The translations under genes were made by a program, and so were the position numbers. The notes beneath the pieces were generated by a model that was not told the origin of the DNA, did not search any database, and worked only from the letters and a program-made list of their open reading frames with translations. A DNA stretch of 64,000 nt from an uncultured Actinomycetota bacterium (lineage in GTDB: Bacteria; Actinomycetota; Actinomycetes; Propionibacteriales; Nocardioidaceae): NCBI GenBank assembly GCA_963712145.1, contig CAVQGT010000002.1, positions 294,678-358,677 of the forward strand. Direction: 5' to 3'. Below, one piece after another: positions 30,216-38,411 of this stretch; position 1 is the first letter of the stretch; every line of letters begins with the position of its first letter.

Positions 30216-32038
30216 TGGCGGTCCCGAACCTGGTGAACCTCGAGCGGGTGCACAAGTCCTACGGCATCCGGCCGCTGCTCGACGGCGTCTCCCTGGGCGT
30301 CGGTGAGGGCGAGCGGATCGGTGTGGTGGGCCGCAACGGCGACGGCAAGACCACGCTGCTGCGGCTGATCGGCGGTCAGGAGGAGCCCGACGAGGGGCGG
30401 ATCTCGCGCAACCGTGGGCTGCACCTCGGCTACCTGACGCAGGGAGACGACCTCGACCCGTCGGCGACCGTGCGGGCCGCCGTGCTCGGTGACCGCGCCG
30501 ACCACGAGTGGGCCGCCGACACGACCACGCGCGAGGTGGTCGAGGTGCTGCTCGCCGGCGTCTCGCTCGACCGGGTCGTGGACGGGCTCTCCGGCGGCGA
30601 GCGGCGGCGCTGCTCGCTGGCCCGGCTGCTGCTCGAGGAGCACGACCTCGTGATCCTCGACGAGCCGACCAACCACCTGGACGTCGAGGCGGTGGCCTGG
30701 CTGGCCGCCCACCTGGTGCGTCGTACCTCTGCCCTGGTCGTCGTCACCCACGACCGGTGGTTCCTCGACGCGGTCTGCCAGACCACGTGGGAGGTGCACG
30801 ACGGCGTCGTCGACGTGTACGACGGTGGCTACGCGGCGTTCGTGCTGGCCAAGGCCGAGCGGCAGCGACAGGCGGCCGCCTCGGAGTCGCGCCGGCAGAA
30901 CCTGATGCGCAAGGAGCTCGCCTGGCTGCGCCGCGGCGCGCCGGCCCGGACCTCGAAGCCGAAGTTCCGGATCGACGCCGCGACCGCCCTGATCGAGGAC
31001 GAGCCGCCGCCGCGCGACCGGCTGGAGCTGCAGAGGTTCGCCGCCCAGCGGCTCGGCAAGGACGTGCTCGACGTGGAGGACGTGGACCTGGTCCGCGGGG
31101 AGCGGACGCTGCTGTCGCACGCCACCTGGCGGCTCGGCCCGGGCGACCGGGTCGGACTCGTCGGGGTGAACGGCGCTGGCAAGACCTCCGTGCTCCGGCT
31201 GCTCTCCGGGGACCTCGCCCCGACGGTCGGCCGGGTGCGGCGCGGGCGGACCGTCGCCCTCGCGCACCTGACCCAGGCGCTCGACGACCTCGACCCCGAG
31301 GACCGGGTGCTCGACGCGGTGGAGGCGATCAAGCGGGTGACTCGCGTCGCGGGTGGTGAGATCACCGCGTCCTCGATGCTGGAGCGGTTCGGCTTCACCG
31401 GCGACCGGCTGACCGCGCGGATCGGCGACCTGTCCGGTGGTGAGCGGCGCCGCTTCCAGATGCTGAAGCTGCTGCTCGAGGAGCCCAACGTGCTGCTGCT
31501 CGACGAGCCGACCAACGACCTCGACATCGAGACGCTCAACGTCCTCGAGGACTTCCTCGACGGCTGGCCCGGCACGCTCGTCGTGGTGTCGCACGACCGG
31601 TACTTCCTGGAGCGGGTCTGCGACTCGGTCTGGGCGCTGCTCGACGACGGCCAGGTGTCGATGCTGCCGCGCGGCGTCGACGAGTACCTCGAGCGCCGCG
31701 AGGCCGCCCTGCGCGCCGGCGCGGTCGGCTCGACCTCCGCCCCGGAGGCGGGTGCGATCGGCTCCGTCACGCCGACCGCTGCCGCTGCCGCGCCCTCGGC
31801 GCCGTCCGCGCCGGCCGCGTCCCAGCAGGAGATCCGCGAGGCGCGCAAGGCGCTGGCCCGGATCGAGAAGCAGCTCGCCCGGGCGACCGAGCGCGAGGAG
31901 AAGCTGCACGCGCAGCTCGCCGAGCACGCGGCCGACTACGAGAAGCTGGCCGAGCTCGACGGGCGCCTGCGTGAGGTCTCCGCGGAGAAGGAAGCGCTCG
32001 AGGAGGAGTGGCTCGAGGCCGCCTCCGTCCTCGAGTAG
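30215..32038 (+). CDS. ABC-F family ATPase (Uup-like)
   Basis: Two ABC cassettes (GRNGDGKT/LSGGE/DEPTNHLD and GVNGAGKT/LSGGE/DEPTNDLD), C-terminal coiled coil, no TM. Confidence 0.93.
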   Translation: MAVPNLVNLERVHKSYGIRPLLDGVSLGVGEGERIGVVGRNGDGKTTLLRLIGGQEEPDEGRISRNRGLHLGYLTQGDDLDPSATVRAAVLGDRADHEWAADTTTREVVEVLLAGVSLDRVVDGLSGGERRRCSLARLLLEEHDLVILDEPTNHLDVEAVAWLAAHLVRRTSALVVVTHDRWFLDAVCQTTWEVHDGVVDVYDGGYAAFVLAKAERQRQAAASESRRQNLMRKELAWLRRGAPARTSKPKFRIDAATALIEDEPPPRDRLELQRFAAQRLGKDVLDVEDVDLVRGERTLLSHATWRLGPGDRVGLVGVNGAGKTSVLRLLSGDLAPTVGRVRRGRTVALAHLTQALDDLDPEDRVLDAVEAIKRVTRVAGGEITASSMLERFGFTGDRLTARIGDLSGGERRRFQMLKLLLEEPNVLLLDEPTNDLDIETLNVLEDFLDGWPGTLVVVSHDRYFLERVCDSVWALLDDGQVSMLPRGVDEYLERREAALRAGAVGSTSAPEAGAIGSVTPTAAAAAPSAPSAPAASQQEIREARKALARIEKQLARATEREEKLHAQLAEHAADYEKLAELDGRLREVSAEKEALEEEWLEAASVLE

Positions 32039-32170
32039 CCCGCCTCCCCGCGCGGCCGCCGTGCCCGGGGCCGGCGGGGCCGGGCTCTCCGGGCGCTTGG
32101 GCGGCGCGTCGGCTCCGCCGCCGCGGCCAAGCCCTTGACGCGCCCTGCGACCGCCCCCGCCGGTTGCGTC

Positions 32171-32230
32171 CCCGTTCTGCACAAGAAGCACCTCATGCGA
32201 CGTCAGGCGGTGCTTCTTGTGCGGAACGGG
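32171..32230. repeat. Palindromic REP-like element, 22-bp arms
   Basis: CCCGTTCTGCACAAGAAGCACC-N16-GGTGCTTCTTGTGCGGAACGGG (21/22 complementary). Confidence 0.75.
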
Positions 32231-32265
32231 AGCCGGCCGGCGGTCCGCCTGTTGAGCCGGCCGGG

Positions 32266-32346
32266 GCCGCAATCGCACATGTGTACGGGAGTAGCGCGGT
32301 TCTCAGCGAGAAGCGTGCTGCAACCGCACATGGGCGCGGTTGTGGC
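32266..32346 (-). repeat. REPIN-like element, orphan member of the family flanking the DUF559 gene
   Basis: Reverse complement aligns ungapped to 54622-54696 at 49/75, including CATGTGCGATTGCG. Confidence 0.8.
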
Positions 32347-32404
32347 GAGGGGACGGCCGACTGGCCGGCCTGCGGTCCCGGCCGGCCCGGCAGCGCGCCG
32401 GTCC

Positions 32405-32902
32405 TCAGTCGGGGGCGCGCTCGAAGGGGATGACGAGGCTGCGGAGCAGGGCGGCGAGGCGCTGCTGGTCGGCCGGGTCGAGGGCGGCGAGCAGGTCGCG
32501 CTCGCGGTCGAGCAGCCCGGAGAGCGCGCCGTCGACGGTGCGGCGGCCGGCGTCGGTCAGCCGGACCAGCACCCCGCGCCGGTCGTGCGGGTCGGGCAGC
32601 CGCTCGACCAGCCCGCGGGCGGCGAGCCGGTCGACCCGGTTCGTCATGGTGCCGCTGGTCACCAGGGTCTCCTTGAGCAGCCGGCCGGGGGAGAGCTCGT
32701 ACGGCGCCCCCGCGCGCCGCAGCGCCGCCAGCACGTCGAACTCCCACGGCTCCAGGGCGTGCTCGGCGAAGGCCTGACGGCGCGCCCGGTCCAGGTGGTG
32801 GCCGAGCCGGCTGACCCGGCTGAGCACCTCCATCGGGCGCAGGTCGAGGTCGGCACGCTCGCGCGCCCACGCCTCGACCAGCCGGTCCACCTCGTCCTGC
32901 AT
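32405..32902 (-). CDS. tamR: MarR family regulator, TamR-like
   Basis: MQDEVDRLVEAW..ERADLD, WEFDVLAALRRAG, TSGTMTNRVDRL; divergent from tam. Confidence 0.88.
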   Translation of the reverse strand: MQDEVDRLVEAWARERADLDLRPMEVLSRVSRLGHHLDRARRQAFAEHALEPWEFDVLAALRRAGAPYELSPGRLLKETLVTSGTMTNRVDRLAARGLVERLPDPHDRRGVLVRLTDAGRRTVDGALSGLLDRERDLLAALDPADQQRLAALLRSLVIPFERAPD

Positions 32903-32926
32903 GGGGCCGAGTCTACTCGTGAAGAT

Positions 32927-32978
32927 TCTTGATATCGAGACAAATGGCAGGGCCCGGGTGTATCTTGACGTCAAGAGA
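32927..32978. promoter_or_regulatory. Two TamR-type palindromic operators in the tamR-tam intergenic region
   Basis: TCTTGATATCGAGA (32927-40) and TATCTTGACGTCAAGAGA (32961-78). Confidence 0.8.
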
Positions 32979-32999
32979 CCTGATGGATGGGGAGGCGCG

Positions 33000-33764
33000 A
33001 TGCACACCTGGGACCCGCAGCGGTACCTGGCCTTCGCCGACGAGCGGGGCCGCCCGTTCGTCGAGCTGGTCGCGCGGATCGGCGCGACAGCTCCGCGTCG
33101 AGTGGTCGACCTGGGCTGTGGCCCCGGCAACCTCACCGTGCTGCTCAAAGAACGCTGGCCGGACGCCTCCGTCGTCGGGGTGGACTCCTCGCCGGAGATG
33201 GTCGAGAGGGCGCGGTCCGTCGACGGGGTCGAGTTCTGCGTCGGCGACGTGCGGACCTGGCGGCCGACCGAGCCGGTCGACGTACTCGTCTCCAACGCGA
33301 CCCTCCAGTGGGTCCCCGGCCACCTCGACCTGTTGCTGCACCTCGTCGGACAGGTCGCCCCGGGCGGCTGGTTCGCCTTCCAGGTGCCGGGCAACTTCGA
33401 CGAGCCGAGCCACACGATCCGGCGTGACCTGGCGGGGGAGCAGCGGTACGCCGGCTTCACCGCCGACGTGGCCACGCCCGACGCCTTCGGTCCTGAGGTC
33501 TACCTCAACCGGCTGGCCCTGATGGGATGCCGAGTCGACGCCTGGGAGACGACGTACCTGCACGTGCTGACCGGCGAGGACCCGGTATTCACCTGGGTGT
33601 CCGGCACCGGGGCCGGGCCGACCCTCCAGGCGCTGCCCGACGACCTCCGGCCGGAGTTCGAGGACGAGTTCAAGCGCCGGCTGCGCGAGGCGTACCCCGC
33701 CGGCCCGGCCGGGACCGTGCTGCGGTTCCGGCGGGTGTTCGTGGTCGCGCAGGTGCCGGCATGA
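33000..33764 (+). CDS. tam: Trans-aconitate 2-methyltransferase
   Basis: WDPQRYLAFADERGRPF, DLGCGPGN, SNATLQWVP, QVPGN. Confidence 0.93.
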   Translation: MHTWDPQRYLAFADERGRPFVELVARIGATAPRRVVDLGCGPGNLTVLLKERWPDASVVGVDSSPEMVERARSVDGVEFCVGDVRTWRPTEPVDVLVSNATLQWVPGHLDLLLHLVGQVAPGGWFAFQVPGNFDEPSHTIRRDLAGEQRYAGFTADVATPDAFGPEVYLNRLALMGCRVDAWETTYLHVLTGEDPVFTWVSGTGAGPTLQALPDDLRPEFEDEFKRRLREAYPAGPAGTVLRFRRVFVVAQVPA

Positions 33765-34216
33765 TCATCCGCGAGGCGCGGCCGGAGGACCTCGAGGCGG
33801 TCGTGGCGTTGCTGCACGAGGACGTGATCCGCGAGGTCGACGAGTCCGAGGTGCCGGCGTCGTCGTACGCCCCTGCCTTCGAGGAGATCTGCTCCGACGC
33901 GCACCAGGACCTCCTGGTCGGCGAGGTGGACGGCGAGGTCGTCGCCACCGCGCAGCTGACCTGGGTGCGGCACCTGACCTACGTCGGCGGGCTGATGTGC
34001 GTCGTGGAGTCCGTGCGGGTGCGGTCCGACCTGCGCGGGCAGGGGCTGGGCCGCGAGCTCATGGAGGACGTCCTGGGCCGGGCGCGGGCCCGCGGGGCGG
34101 CCCGGGTCGAGCTGACCACCAACGCCCAGCGGACCCGCGCGCAAGCGTTCTACGCCGACCTCGGGTTCGTGGCGTCACACGTCGGGATGAAGTACTACCT
34201 GGGAGGAAAGCAATGA
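33761..34216 (+). CDS. GNAT family N-acetyltransferase
   Basis: VRVRSDLRGQGLG acetyl-CoA loop; ATGA overlap with tam. Confidence 0.88.
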   Translation: MIIREARPEDLEAVVALLHEDVIREVDESEVPASSYAPAFEEICSDAHQDLLVGEVDGEVVATAQLTWVRHLTYVGGLMCVVESVRVRSDLRGQGLGRELMEDVLGRARARGAARVELTTNAQRTRAQAFYADLGFVASHVGMKYYLGGKQ

Positions 34217-34575
34217 AGCTCCATCACGTGCAGGTGTCGTGCCCGAAGGGCGGCGAGGATGCTGCGCGCCGGTTCTACGGCGACGTGCTCGGCATCCCCG
34301 AGGTCGAGAAGCCGCCGGTGCTCGCCGCCCGGGGTGGCTGCTGGTTCCGCGCCGAGGGCGTGGAGGTCCACGTCGGCGTCGAGGAGGGCTTCGAGCCCGC
34401 GAGGAAGGCGCACCCGGCCTTCGTGCTCGACCATGTCGACCGGCTGGCCGAGGTCGCCGTACGGGCCGAGCAGGCCGGCTTCCCGGTGACCTGGGACGAG
34501 GACTTCCCGGGGTACCGCCGCTTCCACACCGCCGACGGAAACGGCAACCGGGTGGAGTTACTGGCCAGTCTCTGA
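34213..34575 (+). CDS. VOC/glyoxalase family protein
   Basis: LHHVQV, ARRFYG, KAHPAF, DGNGNRVEL. Confidence 0.88.
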   Translation: MKLHHVQVSCPKGGEDAARRFYGDVLGIPEVEKPPVLAARGGCWFRAEGVEVHVGVEEGFEPARKAHPAFVLDHVDRLAEVAVRAEQAGFPVTWDEDFPGYRRFHTADGNGNRVELLASL

Positions 34576-34590
34576 CATCTGGGCTCGCGC

Positions 34591-34624
34591 GCCTACGCCG
34601 CCGAAGGTTACGGTGGCGTAGGTA
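34591..34624. promoter_or_regulatory. Putative desaturase-regulon operator, copy 1
   Basis: GCCTACGCCGCCGAAGGTTACGGTGGCGTAGGTA, 26/34 identical to copy 2, 30 nt before ATG. Confidence 0.7.
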
Positions 34625-34654
34625 GGGGCTCGTCAGGGCCCCGAGGGAGGCACG

Positions 34655-35590
34655 ATGAGCACGACGATGACCCAGACCCAGATGCTGCTCGAGCTCGAGC
34701 AGGTCGTGGAGGAGAACCTCAACCGGCACCTGAAGGTGGCCAAGGAGTGGTTCCCGCACGAGTACGTCCCGTGGAGCGACGGCCGCAACTTCGACGGCCC
34801 GCTGAACGGCGACGCGTGGTCGCCCGAGGACTCGCAGATGTCCGACGTGGCGCGGTCCTCGCTGATCGTGAACCTGCTGACCGAGGACAACCTGCCGAGC
34901 TACCACCACGAGATCGCGTCGCTGTTCGGCCGCGACGCCGCGTGGGGCAGCTGGGTGCACCGCTGGACCGCCGAGGAGGGCCGGCACGGGATCGCGATCC
35001 GCGACTACCTGCTCACCTCGCGCGCCGTCGACCCGGCGGAGCTCGAGCGGCTGCGGATGGACCACATGTCGACGGGCTATGAGTCGGCGCACAGCCAGGA
35101 CCTCGTGCGCTCGCTGGCCTATGTCTCCTTCCAGGAGCTGGCCACCCGGGTCTCGCACCGCAACACCGGCAAGCTGACCGACGACCCCGTCTGCGACGCC
35201 CTGCTGGCCAAGGTCGCGGCCGACGAGAACCTGCACATGATCTTCTACCGCAACCTGCTCCAGGGCGCGCTCGAGCTCGACCCCAACCACACCATGCGCG
35301 CGATCACCGACGTGGTGAAGCAGTTCGCGATGCCCGGCACGGACATCGCCGGCTTCCAGCGCAAGGCCGTGCAGATGGCCGTCGCCGGTGTCTACGACCT
35401 GCGCCAGCACAAGGACGACGTGGTCGCCCCCGTGCTCCGGTTCTGGAACGTCTTCGAGCTCGAGGGCCTCGACGCGGAGGGTGAGCAGGCACGGCTCGAG
35501 CTCGCGGAGTTCATGGAGGAGCTGGAGAAGCAGGCGCTGCGCTTCGAGGACAAGCGAGACGTCCTCAAGGCGCGGATGGCAGCCCGCTGA
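34655..35590 (+). CDS. Acyl-ACP desaturase (DesA1-like, di-iron)
   Basis: LLTEDNLPSY, WTAEEGRH, FQELAT, DENLH. Confidence 0.93.
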   Translation: MSTTMTQTQMLLELEQVVEENLNRHLKVAKEWFPHEYVPWSDGRNFDGPLNGDAWSPEDSQMSDVARSSLIVNLLTEDNLPSYHHEIASLFGRDAAWGSWVHRWTAEEGRHGIAIRDYLLTSRAVDPAELERLRMDHMSTGYESAHSQDLVRSLAYVSFQELATRVSHRNTGKLTDDPVCDALLAKVAADENLHMIFYRNLLQGALELDPNHTMRAITDVVKQFAMPGTDIAGFQRKAVQMAVAGVYDLRQHKDDVVAPVLRFWNVFELEGLDAEGEQARLELAEFMEELEKQALRFEDKRDVLKARMAAR

Positions 35591-35650
35591 CCCAGCGGCC
35601 TTCGATAAACGAGTCGCCGGGCGCCGCGTCGTACTGACACCATCGCCCGC

Positions 35651-36241
35651 ATGCACTTCGTCTGCGTCTTCGGTCCGCCCGCTGTCGGCAAGATGACGGT
35701 CGGTCGCGCGCTGACCGAGCTGACCGGCTTCAAGCTGTTCCACAACCACATGTCGGTCGAGCCGATCCTGGAGGTCTTCGACTTCGGGTCCCCGCCGTTC
35801 GGCCGGCTCGTGACGGAGATCCGTCGACGCGTCGTCGAGGAGGCGGTCGGGGAGCTGCCCGGGCTGGTGTTCACCTACGTGTGGGCCCTCGACGACGCCG
35901 GCGACGCCCAGCAGGTGTCCGGGCTGGTGAAGATCGTGGAGAGCGGCGGTGGGACCGTGCACTTCGTCGAGCTCGCTGCGCCGTTCGACGTACGACGTGC
36001 CCGCAACGTCACCGAGCTGCGCCGGGAGCACAAGCGCACCCATCGCGACGCGGAGCTGTCCGACCGCATCCTGCACGACTCGGAGCGGCACACGCTCAAC
36101 ACCTCGGGCCGGGGGGACATCCCCGACGAGGCGGCCGCGGTCCTCGACGGGCGGGACTACGTGCGGATCGACAACACCCACCTGTCCGCGGCCGAGGTGG
36201 CGCAGCAGGTGGTCGACCGTTTCGCGCTGCCCGTGTGCTGA
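35651..36241 (+). CDS. P-loop kinase-like (AAA_33/shikimate kinase-like) protein
   Basis: GPPAVGKMT Walker A, FKLFHNH. Confidence 0.75.
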   Translation: MHFVCVFGPPAVGKMTVGRALTELTGFKLFHNHMSVEPILEVFDFGSPPFGRLVTEIRRRVVEEAVGELPGLVFTYVWALDDAGDAQQVSGLVKIVESGGGTVHFVELAAPFDVRRARNVTELRREHKRTHRDAELSDRILHDSERHTLNTSGRGDIPDEAAAVLDGRDYVRIDNTHLSAAEVAQQVVDRFALPVC

Positions 36242-36244
36242 GGG

Positions 36245-36919
36245 TCAGGGCTGGGTGCGGAGGCGGGGCTTCTTCTCCATGCCGGCCAGGCCGTTCCAGG
36301 CCAGGTTCACCAGGTGGGCGGCCACCTGCTCCTTGGACGGCTTGCGCTCGTCGAGCCACCACTGGCCGGTCGTGCCGACCATCCCGACGAGCATCTGGGA
36401 GTACATCGGCGCCGCCTTGGCGTCGAAGCCGCGGGACTTGAACTCGGCGGCGAGGATGTACTCCACCCGGTTGGCGATGTCGCCGATGATCGACACGAAC
36501 GACCCGGAGGCCGAGCCGATCGGGCTGTCGCGCACGAGGATGCGGAAGCCGTCCGAGGACTGCTCGATGTAGTCCAGCAGCGCCAGCGCGGCCTGCTCGA
36601 GCAGCATCCGCGGGTGACCGGCGGTCAGCGCCTCCTGCATCATCATGAGCAGGCTGCGCACCTCCCGGTCCACGACGACCGCGTAGAGGCCTTCCTTGCC
36701 GCCGAAGTGCTCGTAGACGATCGGCTTCGACACCTCGGCCCGCGCGGCGATCTCCTCGATGGAGGTGCCGTCGAAGCCGCGCTCGGCGAACAGGCCGCGC
36801 GAGATCGCGATCAGCTGCTCGCGCCGCTCGGTGGCCGTCATCCGGCTGCGGGGCGACTTCTTGCGTCGATCGGCAGCGGCGAGGGACACCAGGTTGTCGG
36901 GTTCGGAGGCGGGACTCAC
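36245..36919 (-). CDS. TetR family regulator (Rv1019-like)
   Basis: RMTATERREQL..FAERGFDGTSIEEIAARAEVSKPIVYEHFGGKEGLY; near tRNA-Gln/glmU. Confidence 0.92.
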   Translation of the reverse strand: MSPASEPDNLVSLAAADRRKKSPRSRMTATERREQLIAISRGLFAERGFDGTSIEEIAARAEVSKPIVYEHFGGKEGLYAVVVDREVRSLLMMMQEALTAGHPRMLLEQAALALLDYIEQSSDGFRILVRDSPIGSASGSFVSIIGDIANRVEYILAAEFKSRGFDAKAAPMYSQMLVGMVGTTGQWWLDERKPSKEQVAAHLVNLAWNGLAGMEKKPRLRTQP

Positions 36920-36983
36920 GGTCTCATCATGCCTTCTCGTCGCGCGTGAGGCGGCCAGCCGGTGCGGCTGGGACGCCGTACGC

Positions 36984-37958
36984 TCAGGCGGCGCTGGGCA
37001 GCTGGTTGGCGACGAGCTTGGAGTCGATGCGCTCCTTGACGGGCCAGCGCACGTCGTCGACCCAGCCGACCTTCTCCATCGCCCAGATCACCCGGGCCGA
37101 GGTGTCGACCTGTCCCTTCAGCACGCCGTGCCGGGCGCAGGTCGGGTCCGCGTGGTGCAGGTTGTGCCAGGACTCGCCCATCGACGGGATCGCCAGCCAC
37201 CAGACGTTGGCGGACTTGTCACGCGAGACGAACGGGCGCTCGCCGACGGTGTGGCAGATCGAGTTGATCGACCAGGTCACGTGGTGCAGCAGGCTGACCC
37301 GGACCAGCGAGCCCCAGAAGAACGCGGTGAGCGCGCCCTGCCACGACATGGTGAGCAGGCCGCCGAGCACCAGCGGGGTGGCCATCGAGACGAACACCCA
37401 GAGCGGGAACTGCTTGGAGATGCGGACCAGGTCGCGGTCCTTCATCAGGTCGGGGGCGTACTTGCGCTGAGGGGTCTGCTCGGGGTTGAACAGCCACATC
37501 ATGTGCGCGTGCATGAAGCCCTTGGTGAGCGCCTTCAGGTCGGTGCCGTAGCGCCAGGGGGAGTGCGGGTCGCCGTCGCGGTCCGAGAACTTGTGGTGCT
37601 TGCGGTGGTCGGCCACCCAGCGGATGACCGGGCCCTGGATCGCCATCGAGCCGGCGATCGCGAGTGCGATCTTGACCGCACGGTTGGGCTTGAACGACTT
37701 GTGCGTGAAGAGGCGGTGGAAGCCGACGGTGATGCCGTGGCCGGTCAGCCAGTACATCGTGACCATGATCAAGATGTCGGTCCAGCCGAGCCACCCGCCC
37801 CAGGCGACCGGAATCGCGGCCGCGACGGCGAGGAACGGCACGACGATGAAGATCCCCAGTGCCACCTGCTCCTTGCGCGACTGGATGTCGCCACCCCAGG
37901 TGGCGGTCTCGGTGAGCGTTTCGGAACCGGTCGGACGGACCGCGGTGGAACTGGTCAT
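36984..37958 (-). CDS. Membrane acyl-CoA/lipid delta-9 desaturase
   Basis: His boxes HRLFTH, HRKHH, HNLHH. Confidence 0.93.
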   Translation of the reverse strand: MTSSTAVRPTGSETLTETATWGGDIQSRKEQVALGIFIVVPFLAVAAAIPVAWGGWLGWTDILIMVTMYWLTGHGITVGFHRLFTHKSFKPNRAVKIALAIAGSMAIQGPVIRWVADHRKHHKFSDRDGDPHSPWRYGTDLKALTKGFMHAHMMWLFNPEQTPQRKYAPDLMKDRDLVRISKQFPLWVFVSMATPLVLGGLLTMSWQGALTAFFWGSLVRVSLLHHVTWSINSICHTVGERPFVSRDKSANVWWLAIPSMGESWHNLHHADPTCARHGVLKGQVDTSARVIWAMEKVGWVDDVRWPVKERIDSKLVANQLPSAA

Positions 37959-37990
37959 ACGGGGATACCTCACGGGAGAATCGGGGTGCG

Positions 37991-38024
37991 TACCTACGTA
38001 ACCGTAACCTACGGAACCGTAAGT
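37991..38024. promoter_or_regulatory. Putative desaturase-regulon operator, copy 2
   Basis: TACCTACGTAACCGTAACCTACGGAACCGTAAGT, tandem TACG-N3-CGTA palindromes, 32 nt before ATG. Confidence 0.7.
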
Positions 38025-38084
38025 AGCCATGCTGACTAGATGTGCCGCGACTCACGAGGAACGTCCATCTCGTACGCTGTTCCC

Positions 38085-38226
38085 CGCAATCCCCGGTTGG
38101 TCTGTCGGGCGTGGCTACGGTCCCGCCAGGCGGGCCGCCGGGGCGCAATCCCCGGTTGGTCTGTCGGGCGTGGCTACGGTCCCGCCAGGCGGGCCGCCGG
38201 GGCGCAATCCCCGGTTGGTCTGTCGG
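38085..38226 (+). repeat. 59-bp tandem repeat (2 full copies plus 24 bp) whose last copy is the tRNA-Gln 5' end
   Basis: Unit CGCAATCCCCGGTTGGTCTGTCGGGCGTGGCTACGGTCCCGCCAGGCGGGCCGCCGGGG at 38085 and 38144, partial at 38203. Confidence 0.95.
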
Positions 38227-38286
38227 CAGGGCCCGCCTGACTTTGAATCAGGACAAGCGACGTAGGTTCGACTCCTACCCGGGGAG
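38208..38286 (+). tRNA. tRNA-Gln(TTG), atypical D and variable regions
   Basis: TCCCCGG/CCGGGGA acceptor stem, CCTGA-CT-TTG-AA-TCAGG, GTAGG-TTCGACT-CCTAC, discriminator G; usual position upstream of glmU. Confidence 0.85.
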
Positions 38287-38411
38287 CTCAGCAGCGATGT
38301 GGTGAGGGAGTCCGAGGAGGATTCCCGGCGCCTGGTGCCGGAGATCCTCCTACGTCAGGGCGACAGGCTGGCCCGGCTCGACGGGGACAGCGACGACCGA
38401 GAGGAACATCA

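Noticed and set aside
38085-38226. CRISPR array
   Set aside because: The units are fully identical with no unique spacers, there are no cas genes, and the repeat derives from the tRNA 5' end.
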